From NCBI RefSeq assembly GCF_018350175.1, contig NC_058368.1:123754001-123818000 (forward strand): 64,000 bases of DNA, given 5' to 3'. The stretch comes from Felis catus (lineage: Eukaryota). Position 1 is the stretch's first letter. Each line of letters starts with the position of its first letter. Under the pieces are notes generated by a model, which had not been told where the DNA came from, made no database searches, and saw nothing but the letters and a program-made list of their open reading frames with translations. Below are positions 35,666-47,619 of this stretch, in pieces. The position numbers were made by a program, and so were the translations under genes.

Positions 35666-36374
35666 CAGAAGATAGGATTCATTTCTTGCATATTTGGTCT
35701 CTCTCATAACTTACCAATATCTTCTCTATTACTTTGTTTTGTTTCTTACTGCAGATCCAGCTGCAACCTGAGGAGGTATCTCAACAACCACACAATAATG
35801 GAGGAAAGAGATAACTGAGGAAGTGGGGCTCTGAGCACAGATCTAGCTTGGACATGAGCAGATTTTTCTTTAATGTTTTGCATATTAAGTTTGATATACA
35901 ATTTTATGTGGAAAAAAAATCTTTCACTTACTCATTTTTGAAAATCCTGGACTCTGGACAATTCTTCACATTGAACAAACAAAAGTTTCCATAATTGCCG
36001 AATCTTCTATGTTTGATGTTTCTGGGAAGTAGGCTCTCCATAAAGGTGTGATTTAATGCAGATTGGGGACATAAGTCTGAACAAGCTCATTAGTCTGCAT
36101 ATTACCTACAGGATTTATTGATGATGGTGTGAAACTATCTGACAGCCGTCAGCCAGGAACAATGTATGCATAAACCAGGGGATGAGAAACAGGGTCAACA
36201 AACATCATGTGGTCAGAAAATGTCGTTACCTAGGTTAACTACTAATGAATTGTTTTAACTTTAGAAACTTCTTCTTGCTCTGACAGGACTATTTTTTTTT
36301 AATGACTATTTTAAAAAGATTTTTCACTGAAACCTTAGGTGGCTTGGATTTGCCATCACAAAATAATTTTGGCG

Positions 36375-36580
36375 GGGCATCTAGGTGGCTCAGTCACTTA
36401 GGCATTTGGCTCTTGATTTTGGCTCAGGACATGATCTTACAGTTCATGAGTTCGAGCCCCGCATTGGGCTCTGTGCTGACAGTGAAGAGCCTGCTTGGAA
36501 TTCTGTCTCCCTCTTTCTGACCCTCTCCTGCTTGCTCTATATTTCTCTCTCAAAATAAATAAAAATAAACTTAAAAGAAG
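36375..36580 (+). mobile_element. CanSINE
   Basis: Head ggggcatctaggtggctcagtc and A-rich tail. Confidence 0.8.
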
Positions 36581-36774
36581 GAATTTTTTATCTTTGAAAT
36601 ATTGGTTTATTCCTTTAGTGAAATTAGGCAATGTGACTCTGTTGTGTCTTTTTTCTACCTTCAAAGACATAATGCAATTTTTAAAAATTGCTTATCTTTT
36701 ACCTCCAGCAAGACCTGTTTTATAGTCATATTGAGTTCCACTCAAGATGTGGTTAAAGCCAGCCAGTAGTGTTA

Positions 36775-36840
36775 GTAGTTGAAAACAGTGAGGGGTAAGT
36801 GTTTCATGTAGTTAAAAACAGTGAGGGATAAGTATTTCAT
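36775..36840 (+). repeat. 33-bp tandem duplication
   Basis: gtagttgaaaacagtgaggggtaagtgtttcat / gtagttaaaaacagtgagggataagtatttcat, with 3 G/A differences. Confidence 0.9.
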
Positions 36841-37684
36841 GTGTACAATATTCATATGACTCAGAAGCATGGGTTTGCTTGCTGAGATGTTACACAGCTA
36901 TTAAAATGATACTTACAAAGTTAATATGATATCATGAATGATATGATCTTTAGTGGAAATGGAAGACATAATTACATATAATGTAATTATGATCATATTT
37001 TAAAATATATGCACAATATCCTTTGATCCAACAACTCCACTTCACAAACAGGTGTGCAAAGATAAATATAGAATGACCACTGTATTCTTTATAAAAGCAA
37101 AAAGTTAGAAATAAAAAATCTTCATCAGTAGGGATTACATAAGTTATGGTACATCTGTGCAACAGAATACTATATAGTCATTTTTTAAATGGAGGAGATA
37201 CACATATTTGGACTCTGAAAGATGTTTAGATGTATTGTTATGAAAAAAAAAAGCAAATTATTGAACAGAATATAGTATAAACCATTTGGTAAAAATATCA
37301 AGTCAGCATATATAATAGATAACATATTAGATACTACATATCAACTTATATAACATAATATAGAATGCATATATAAACTTGATATATGTAATAGATAATT
37401 TTATCAAACTTTTCACAGTAATTATTTTTATGACTCTTGTGGGTTGGGATTATAGGAAATGTTAGCTTCTCCTTTATTCATTTCTGCATATAAATTGTTT
37501 ATGGTAAGCATGCCAATTTGTAATACATTATTAATATAATACATGCAATTTATGATACAAAATACATAAAATTTCAGTATTGAAAAAAGACTGGAAGGAA
37601 ATACAATAATATGACTGTAATGATTGTTGATAGAACCATGAGAGATTTAAAAAAATTTTTTGTGCTGTAATAATTCCATGTATT

Positions 37685-37906
37685 GGGGCGCCTGGGTGGC
37701 TCAGTTGGTTAAGCGTCCGACTTCAGCTCAGGTCACGATCTCACCGTCCGCGAGTTCGAGCCCCACGTTGGGCTCTGGGCTGATGGCCCAGAGCCTGGAT
37801 CCTGCTTCCGATTCTGTGTCTCCCTCTCTCTCTGCCCCTCCCCCATTCATGCTCTGTCTCTCTCTGTCTCAAAAATAAATAAATAAACGTTAAAAAAATT
37901 AAAAAA
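37685..37906 (+). mobile_element. CanSINE (SINEC_Fc-type)
   Basis: TSD aataattccatgtat. Confidence 0.9.
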
Positions 37907-38346
37907 AATAATTCCATGTATAACTCTTATTCCATATGTTAATGCCACACTTCTGTAATTAAAAAAAAAAAGAGGAAGAGAAAGAAGGTAGGGAGTTAGA
38001 GAAGGAGTTGTCAAGGATTAGATTAGGTCATTTAAACACCTAAACATCTTCTGGTTTCAATTTACTGTTTAGTCAGTGATAATGTTGAATTTTCAGAGTG
38101 CCCAAAGTGCAATTTGGTGAATCAGGTTATTTAAGAAGGCCAAATTATGGGAGAAAAGGCATCAAGATAAATATATAAATTGCTTTTGCTAGAGGCTTCC
38201 ACCAAACGTGTTCTTAACACTGTATTAATCATACAAACTGCTAGCACTGGAATCCCTCACAATAGAAGACATTCACTCCTGAAGCACTGCTTCTCCATTT
38301 GTATGTAAGGAACCATCAATGCATGTGATTACAAGCCAGAGTAAAA

Positions 38347-38549
38347 TTTTTTTCTTTCTTTTTTTTTTCTTTTTTTATTTTACAGAGAGACAGAGTGTGA
38401 GCAGGGGAGAGGGAGAGAGAGAGAATCTTAAGGAGGCTCCACACTCAGCATGGAGTCTGACACGGGGCTCAATCCCACAACTCTGGGATCATGACCTGAG
38501 CCAAAATCAAGAGTCAGACACTTAACCAACTGAGCCACCCAGGCACCCC
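38347..38549 (-). mobile_element. CanSINE
   Basis: TSD agagt(a/c)aa.ttt. Confidence 0.85.
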
Positions 38550-39398
38550 TAGAGTCAATTTTAAACAAATAGTGACTTTGGCAAATTTCTAGAGCATTAG
38601 AGTCTTGAGGCAATAAGTCCCTCAACCCTGTGATGTCAGCCTATTTCTCAGAAGAGCTCCCAGCTGAGTTTTTCCCAGAAATTTGACCATCTGAGGCAAA
38701 GATGTAGACACCAGCTCTTCACCTCGAGTATGCCTTTTCTGGTAAATTCTCTTGCAGGAAATTTTAATATGCCAAGAAAACTTCTGCAGCAGACTTCAAT
38801 TGCCCTAGAATTTGAATTCTATAGATCATAGTTCATAAATGGTACCACCCATAGGGGACTCCTACCAGGACCCCTGTTTTCCCAGCACCTACAATTCTTG
38901 CTGATTTTCCACCTTTCTTCCTGTCTATCTCCTCCTCCTCCTCCTCCTTGATTTTCCACCTTTCTAACAAGAGGGGGATAGAGAAGAGGGATCAATAATT
39001 GGCAATCAGACCAAAATCCACAAGTTACCAACAAAGACCACAGCAGGTGGGATTTGCCACAAAACCAGAAAGACAACCAGATTTATAGCATTTGAGTCAC
39101 TGAACAGCAGTATCATATTGCAAGGAGCTTGCTGATGATGGAAAACCATTTTCCCATCTATGGAAAATCATCAAACTGCTTCACTCCTTTGCTGCTGTGT
39201 TTTTAATTGGCAGGCCCTAAGGCTTTGTGGCATGAGTTGCCAAACACATAAATAAAATGACTTTATGTCATAAAACCTTTTCAAATGCCAAAAGTAGGAA
39301 ATGAGAGTTGATTCAAATGCCACAGAGACAAAAATGTGTTTTTTTCCGGGACAAAGGAAAATGAATGACTTAAGTTTGCGGCAAAATTTAGTCTCATG

Positions 39399-39435
<37 letters not shown>
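39399..39435 (+). repeat. (GC)n(CA)n microsatellite
   Basis: gcgcgcacacacac..., an alternating purine-pyrimidine tract. Confidence 0.9.
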
Positions 39436-39437
<2 letters not shown>

Positions 39438-41264
39438 TATCTTTGTAAAAAATTCTATTCAGCGCTTGGGTACAAGCACATAGTGTACCCAGGAAGTTCA
39501 AATGTCTATTATCATTATTAATACCCTTGTTTTTCTCACCAGCTCATTGCCAAACACAACAAAGAATTAAGCACAAACTACTGTAGCAAAAGGGCCAGGA
39601 ACATGAGTATCCTAGATAAAAAAGGACTGGTCAACTTTTCCGTTTCCTATAGGGCAGTTTCCTTCGCTTGCAAGGATGTCTTCTTGGAGAAGGTTACCAT
39701 AGCGTGTCATAATGACAACTGCCCCATTTCACCAGGTAAAAGAGTTTCCTTCGATATGTTGGAAACAAACACTCCTAAGACAGTAATTACCTGTTCAACA
39801 GTCAAAATAAAAAGGGATCCTGAGTGGTTCCACTATCTCAGTGGCTGTGTTTTCTCTCTGGGAATGCGGCCTCCATCTGGGGTCAGGTGTGGTTTGGGGT
39901 TGCTTTCTCCGGGGGTTTTGCACAGAGTTCTCCTATCTTTGTAGACAGTTCTCAGTCAGTTCTCAGACAGGAGACTAAAGCAGGGATGCTTCAGTCCCCG
40001 AGGTATGCAGCTTTCAGCTAAAGTGGCCAAAGGAATGTCCCAACCAGGCATTTCTACCAGTGAGGCAAGCTAAGGGATTCTTTCTACTTTTTGGAACGTC
40101 ACTGAGCTGTGGAAGGAAGAAATGAGTATGGTTTCCTTTTTTTTATTTCTTCCTCCTTCTTTTTTTAAAGCTGAAACAGGAGCAGGATTGTAGCTGTCAC
40201 GAGCTGACTAAATATTTTTTTACAACACCAAACCCTTTAAAATCCTTGGAACACTCATGAGAACTAATGTTTATGTTGGGGCCTTTACATTAACGGAGGG
40301 GGGGATGTGTGGCGTGCAGGTTACGTGTGCACAGTGCCAGCCGCTGCTGGAGCTCCACATCTGAGGAAGGTGAAGAGAGAAAATCATTCTATACATGGTC
40401 TGGAATAACTTGAGACTGCAGAGAAGTAGGCTTCAGCTCAAAAGTCTGAGAATGGACGAATCAGCATGAGGTTTGCAGCAAGCCCGAGAATGCCCTTGAC
40501 ATTCAAACCACACACCCTAGCCTCCCTGCCTACCAGACTCGTAATTCTACTCTGTCTCTACGCCTGGGGAAGTTCTGTGCAGTGTCAGAATTCGGCCAGT
40601 AGGCCTCAAAACACTGTGAGGATTCTATTTCTTAAAGATAAGTCTAAGACCTAGTTGCAGAGGGTTGATTTCAATCTTCTCCTTTAACAGAAGCCACCAA
40701 ATTAAAAATATATAGAAAAATGGAGACTGTATGACTTGAAAAATTCACTTTAATCAGATTTATACCAGGGTGACTTAGCATTTATCTAGTAATTGGTTTT
40801 CAAGTTGAAACATTTTTTTTTGTTTGTTTTAACGAATCTATGGATCAGTTCACTGGAATGTTCACCAGCTACTCTTTCGCACTTATAAAATATTAGCCTT
40901 TAATAGGGTTGCTGAGCCAGTTTACACGTGAGTTGACCCTGAGGAATCTGAGTGTGACTGTGAAGGTCATTACCATAACTTAGAAAAAAGACGAAAGGGT
41001 TTTCTTCCTATGGTTGATCAGTAGGGCCATCTTCCATGTAGGAAATATCATTGGCTCTTATTGTCAAAGTAAAATTTTTAAAAGGTGAAAACTGGCCTTT
41101 AATACGAACATTTAAGTGAGCACATGTTGAATATTTATTTACCTTGTTAATTGGGGCACCATCAAGATGGTAAAACTGGTTCATAGGAGAATTCAAGAGA
41201 CTGAATATATGTGGTTTATGAAAGAAAGATTGCCAAGTTAAATGTTGGGGTTTTGTTTTGTTTT

Positions 41265-41484
41265 GTTAATTTTTTTTTTTAAATGTTCATTTATTTTTGA
41301 CAGAGAGAGAGACAGAGCATGAGCAGAGGAGGAGCAGAGAGAGAGGGAGACATAGAATTCGAAGCAGGCTCCAGGCTCTGAGCTGTCAGCACAGAGCCCG
41401 ATGCGGGGCTTGAACCCACCAACTGTGATATCATGACCTGAGATGAAGTTGGGCGCTCAACCGACTGAGCCACCCAAGTGCCCC
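41265..41484 (-). mobile_element. CanSINE
   Basis: T-rich tail, (AG)n body and head ...gccacccaagtgcccc. Confidence 0.85.
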
Positions 41485-41524
41485 ACCCCCATCTAATTTT
41501 TTTTTAATTAGATTTTCTTTTAAA

Positions 41525-41933
41525 ACTTCATGGGAATGCAAAATAGTACAGCCACTTTGGAAGACAGTTTGGCAGTTTCTCACAAGGCTAAATGTACCCT
41601 TACCATGTGATCCAGCAATCATAAATGAGTTGAAAATTCATGTCCACACAAAAACCTACACACAAATATTTACAGCAGCTTCATTTGTAAGTACGAAAAC
41701 TTGGAAACAATCAAGATGACCCTCAAGAGGTGAATGGAAAAATAAAGTGATATATCCATACAAGGGAATATTAGCACTAAAAAGAAACGACACAAAAAGA
41801 CATGGGGAAACCTTAAATGCATTTTACTAAATGAAAGAGGCCATACTGAAAAGGCTACATACTGTATGATTCCAAACATATGGCATTCTGGAAAAAGGCA
41901 AACTGTAGAGACAATAAAAAGATCGGTGGTTCT

Positions 41934-41969
<36 letters not shown>

Positions 41970-42825
41970 GTTTACTCATTTTTGAGAGAGAGAGAGAGAG
42001 AGAGCATGAGTGAGGGAGGGGTAGAGAGACAGGGAGTCACAGAATCCAAAGCAGGCTCCAGGCTCTGAGGTGTCAGCACAGAGCCCAATGCAGGTCTTGA
42101 ACTCACAAACTGTGAGATTGTGACCTGAGCCAAAGTCAGACGCTTAACTGACTTAGCCACCTGGGCACCCCAAAAGATCAGTGGTTCGTACACACACAAG
42201 CACTCCCATTTTGTGAAAACCAGAAGAAAACTAGGGAAGAATGCACACCTGAGATACATGGTTCTCTCCAGGAAGAGGAGTAAGACTAGAAATGAGAGAT
42301 AAAAGATGCAGATTAACTTTTGCCTCTCATATTTTTGCATTATGTTATGCCTTGGATATACACATATTAATTTAATAATTTTGGAGAAAAACTCATTAAA
42401 TTAGTATAAATAAAAATTACTAGATATTATTATAGAAAAAAAAGAGCAGTGGTTCACAGGGATTCAGGCGAGGTGGTCAGGTTGAATAGGTAAGGCACAG
42501 GAGACTTGTAGGGCAGTGAAATCATTCCATATGATACATGAATGGTGGGTAAGTGACACTACACATTGTTAAATTCCATAGAATGTACAACACAAAGAAT
42601 GAACCACAAGGTAAACTATGGGCTCTAGTTAATAATAATGGATCAATATTGGTTCATCAGTTGTAACAAATGTTCCACATGAAGCATGATATTATTAATA
42701 GGGGAAACAGTGGAAGTTGAGTAAAAGAGAGGATACATTAAACTGTCTGTACTATCTGTTCAGCTTATCTGTAAATCTAAAACTGCTAAAAAAAAGTAAA
42801 ACCCATTAATTAAAAAAAAAAAAAC
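41525..42825 (+). mobile_element. Old L1MC-type 3' region with two later insertions (SINE 41933-42171, orphan insert 42188-42439)
   Basis: gtacagccactttggaagacagtttggcagtttct...aggctacatactgtatgattcca...aaaaagatcagtggtt...tagggcagtgaaa...gaatgtacaacacaaag...gtaaatctaaaactgct. Confidence 0.8.
41933..42171 (-). mobile_element. CanSINE inserted in L1MC
   Basis: Flanked by aaaagatc(g/a)gtggttc. Confidence 0.88.
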
Positions 42826-42869
42826 AACGCGTTGAATGCCCTGTAGGATAATAAAACTATAACCTTTGA

Positions 42870-43500
42870 GGGGCACCTAGGTGGCTCAGTCACTTAAATG
42901 TCTGATTCTTAGTTTTAGCTCAGGTCATGGTCTCGCAGGTCATGGGTTTGAGCCCCTCTGTGCTAACAGCACAGAGCCTGCTTGGGATTCTTTCTCCCTC
43001 TCTCTCTCTCTCTGCCTCTCCCTCACTCTCCCCTACTCTCTCTTTCTTTCTCAAAAATAAATAAACATTAAAAATACTATAACCTTTGAGATTCATTTTT
43101 CCACCAAACAGAAATTATTTATAGCTCTACTCTAGAAAAATAATTTGCCAGTGGTGCCTGGGTGGCTCAGTTGGTTAAGTGTCCTACTTTGACTCAGGTC
43201 ATGGTCTCATGATTTGTGGGTTTGAGCCTGGCATTGGGCTCTGTGCTGATAGCTCAGAGCCTGGAGCCTGCTTCGGATTCTGTGTCTCCCTCTCTTTCTG
43301 TCCCTCCCCTGCTCACACTCTTTCTCTCTCAAAAATAAACATTAAAAAATTTTTTTTTTCAACGTTTATTTATTTTTGGGACAGAGAGAGACAGAGCATG
43401 AATGGCGGAGGGGCAGAGAGAGAGTGGGAGACACAGAATCGGAAACAGGCTCCAGGCTCTGAGACATCAGCCCAGAGCCTGAAAAAAAAATTTTTTTTTA
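42870..43500. mobile_element. CanSINE cluster (two plus copies; truncated minus copy inserted in the tail of the second)
   Basis: Plus copies at ~42870-43075 (TSD actataacctttgag) and ~43153-43350. Antisense 5'-truncated copy at ~43350-43480. Confidence 0.85.
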
Positions 43501-43811
43501 AAGAAAAAACATTTGCCACTTACCAATCTTCTACAAATTTATGTCTAATTTCATAGAATGTGGGCTCTAAGCAATAATAAATAGTAAGTTAAACACAGGT
43601 GCATTGCAGTAGAGAAGAATATAATCTGTGGGTAGGTCTGTTAGACAATGACGGTGTGACACTGAAATAACAGATGCACTGTCATCTTTTTGCCATATTT
43701 TAAAATTTCAAATATTTTTTGTTAAAATTATAACGTCCTATTTGCCAAATAATCTTGCTACACTCTTGGTCAATCTCACAAATGAATTTCCAAAATATGA
43801 GCTAGCTACTT

Positions 43812-44456
43812 GTATCAGCCAGGGCCCAATCAGAAGTCAGAAACGATACCAATTATTTTAATAAATAATTCATTTAATAAACAACTGGAATAAGTAAATC
43901 ATTGACCCATTATTTAATATAAAGAGTTGTTTATCAAGTGCTGGAGACCTAGAAACACAAGAAGAGAACATTAAGATAATCATAGAAGTAGTAACTTCAG
44001 GATGGGGAGAAACAAAGTGAGAGGCTGGAATACTATAATTTAGATGCTCAGAGGGCAGAGACTGAAGATTTACGATGCCTCAGGAACTAGAAGGAGGCTC
44101 CTCAGTAACTCCCAGAGTTACTGGGAGCCAGATCTCTGAAGTGGGGTCGTGGTTGGATGGTGTGGTATCACTGAGGACTGCAATGGAGCCAATTCTGGGA
44201 ATGTGGACCACCTGCAGACTGGAATTAACTGTGGCTACTAGAAGGAACTGCCATTGTCAGGGTGAAGAGCTGTTTGCAAGGTGGCATTGATACAAACAGG
44301 AAACAAATAGGAAAGAGCAAGTGATCTGTTCCCCAGCACCTCTTATTGGCAGAACCTATGAAGAACAAACTTGGCAAAAGAGAATTGTGTTTTGCATCAC
44401 AAAGCTGGGACTAGAAGTGTGAGTTTGAGGCTGGAACAAATGGCTAACCAGCACAC
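43812..44456. mobile_element. ERVL-class solo LTR (LTR33-like)
   Basis: Begins tgtatcagccagggcccaatcagaagtcagaaac and ends ...tggctaaccagcaca, giving TG...CA termini. Confidence 0.45.
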
Positions 44457-44624
44457 TGTCTAACTGGAACACCTGAAATTAATACGTTTTCTACTGTGAA
44501 AAAGCATGGCTTTTGGGGTCAGATGGATGTGGGTTTGAATGTTAATTCAAATGTGTATGTTACTCTAGGCAAATACTGTATTGCCTTTACATATGTGTGT
44601 GTGTATATATATTTCTTTTCTTCT

Positions 44625-44645
44625 TTAAATATTTATTTATTCATT

Positions 44646-44697
<52 letters not shown>

Positions 44698-44824
44698 TCC
44701 CAAACAGGCTCTGCACTGACAGTATACAGCCCATCATGGGGCTCGATTTCACAAACCCTGAGGTCGTGACCTGATCCCAAATCAAGAATCAGTCCCTCAA
44801 CCGACTGAGCCACCCGGCACCCCC
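44625..44824 (-). mobile_element. CanSINE with a long (GA)n
   Basis: (GA)n at ~44649-44688 and head ...gccacccggcacccc. Confidence 0.8.
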
Positions 44825-45292
44825 TATGTTGCCTTTCATTTCTCTAAGGCTCAGTCTCCTCATTTAAAACAGGACAAGAGTGTCTATCTCACAGGGCTTT
44901 TGTGAGGCTTGAATAAGGTCAGGTAGATAAGTTATTTAATGTGGTGGCAGAGCCAGGATTGAAACTCAGGCAGTGGGACTTAATGTATTAATCACTATAT
45001 ATACTGGCTTTCCAATCTATGTGAAGAACTACTTGATGGGTTAAAACCTAATACAGTTTGGATGGGCGGAGGGGAAGTGTGTGTAGTTATTTAAAAGCAA
45101 CATAAGGAATCCCTATGGTGATGGCACTGTGTATATCTTAGTATGTGTGCTAAGTATGCAAAACTATACAGATGATAATGTGGTGTAAATGAGCACACAA
45201 ACACATATACTAGGGAAATACAAATAAGGTCGCTGGATTGTATCAATGCCAATACCCCAATTTGTACTACAATTTTAGAAACTGTAAACACT

Positions 45293-45525
45293 GGGGCACC
45301 TGGGTGGCTCAGTCAGTTGAGTGTCTGACTTCAGCTCAGGTCATGATCTTGTGGTTCATGAGTTCAGGCCCCCATCAGGCTTTGTGCTGACAGCTCAGAG
45401 CCTGGAGCCTGCTTCAGATTCTGTGTGTGTGTGTCTCTCTCTCTCTGCCTCTCCCTGGCTTGCTCTCTCTCTCTCTCTCTCTCTCAAAAATAAATGAAAA
45501 CATACAAAAAAAAAAAAAGAAATTA
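45293..45525 (+). mobile_element. CanSINE inserted in an old L1 3' end
   Basis: 20-bp direct repeat taaacactggggcacctggg at 45285-45304 and 45526-45545. Confidence 0.88.
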
Positions 45526-47619
45526 TAAACACTGGGGCACCTGGGAAAATGTACAAGGGATCTCGCTGTATTATTTCTTACAACTGCATGTGGATTTATA
45601 ATAACCTCCATTAAAATTTCAGTTTGCTCTTGATGCTGAGACTACCTTCTATGATACCCTTATATTAACTGCAAGATGAGGAAAAAATCAAATAGGGATA
45701 TATTCATATCATACTGAACATTTTAAACCACGTTTCTAGGGACGTAAAAATTAATAGTTTAAGGTTTTGATGCCAATGGATTTAACTTTATAAACATAAG
45801 TAAAAGCTATGTTACCCTCAAATGATATTTTGACTCTATAAAACTTAATAAATCAGATATTCTGAAAGATTTAGGACAAAATCCCGAAAGGTAAATGCAA
45901 AGCTTGAAGCGACACACATTGTTTAGTGTCTGACCCTGTTACCCCATTACTGAAAGTGAAACACAACAGAAATGGGCCCCAGATTACCAAGAGTTCTTTT
46001 TGGCCCAAATCATCCAGAGATTTTACCGAAATCCTTCCCTTCATCTTGTGTTTGGACACGGCCAGTAAGCTAAGCTTTAATCATCATTCCAAATGTCAAG
46101 ATGAAGTGACATTTCAAAAAACTCAGCCAGTTCCATAGATTTAAAAAAAAAAAAAAAAAAACCCAAAAACCTTCTAAAAAGCATGTGTCGAAAAGATCTT
46201 GCCAAACAGCTGAAGTAACAAATGAAATCTAGCTGGTTTCCGGCAGAGATTTATCTTCTCTTTCTGTGCGCATTTGTTCTTATACAAGATAGAGGGCACT
46301 TATTTGGTTTTGTGATCTTCTGCTGTGTGACTGTGGTTGAAACAATCAGTTACTCTGAATCAGTTGCCTAATTTGCTAAGGCTATCCTGTGGTTAAAGAC
46401 ATATCTGAACTAATTTCTGCGCCTATACCAGGCTTACCGGCTCAAGAAGTGATTGAGTAATAAAAACACAGGGCAGGTTTTTACAACCAGACAAAAACAG
46501 AATGATCCTGAGAACACATCACACACCTTGCCGTGCCAGATGGTGATGTTGCATCTGTGTTTCCTTCAGGCTTGGAACATCTCTCACCCCAGAGAGGGGA
46601 GGAATGGAGATAAACCCTTTTCTGTTGGCTGCAGATCACTGCCCCATCTCATTTCATAGTAAACTGCAAATTTATGATAAATCATGCTATATTATACCAC
46701 ATAATTCTACCACTGAAATACAGTCAATTTCTCAGATAAAAATGGCCACTACAACGGGGAAAGAAACCTCTTTAATTGGGGTTGTTGAACTAGCATCTTG
46801 TTTTGAACTCTAAACAATGGCATATTATTGCACTCTAAACAGAGTGGGTGTCCTACAAATTCTTATTATCTGTGATAAGAAGTGAGAAGAAAAAAAATCC
46901 ACACGAGACTATCCCAGTTGGAATTTGATGAAGACATGTAGCTTAAACAAAACCCAACCCTCTTTGAAAAAACAGTTCTATTGTTGCTTTCATTTTAATT
47001 AAAAATCTTCTCTCTGTACAGAAAGAGCTATGAATTATATCTTAGAATTTTCCAAGACACCTTACAATTGTCATAAGAGGTCAAACCACCAAAAAGACAA
47101 TGGAGTGAATTGAACAGGGGAGGAAATTGCATACATGTCTGGGCTTCTTCCTCTCAGGCTCCCACAACCTCTACTGAGCAGAAGCTGCCAATGGAGTACA
47201 AAGGTCTGCCCTTTGCTACAAATAACTCTGCTATTCTGAGGGCATCAAGGCCTCTATAAGGCAACAAAGCCAGTGCATTTGTGAGCTGAACTCAGTTATA
47301 AAGAATTTCAGATTCCAGAAAGGAAGTTTCCAGTGGACTGCACTAAATCAGGATAAAATCAGAATTAGATTACTGCCTTTATGTACTGATTTGTGCTGAG
47401 AGCAGGCAGAAAGCAGGAATTTATGGTGCCGCCCTCTTTTGATTTGGAACCCCAGTTTGGTCCTGATTCAAGCATACGAATTTCCTTCTACTCCTAGTCA
47501 ACTGTGTTAACTGTGACAATTGTTAGGATGGGTAGCAAGGAGGCAAAAATTTAGGCATACCCACCACTCCTGGAAAACCAAGTATAAGCCCTTTTCCATG
47601 AAAATACAGAATTTTAATT

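Noticed and set aside
39603..39944. 113-aa non-repeat ORF as a novel gene
   Set aside because: No recognisable homology, domain or promoter. The length is within chance expectation.
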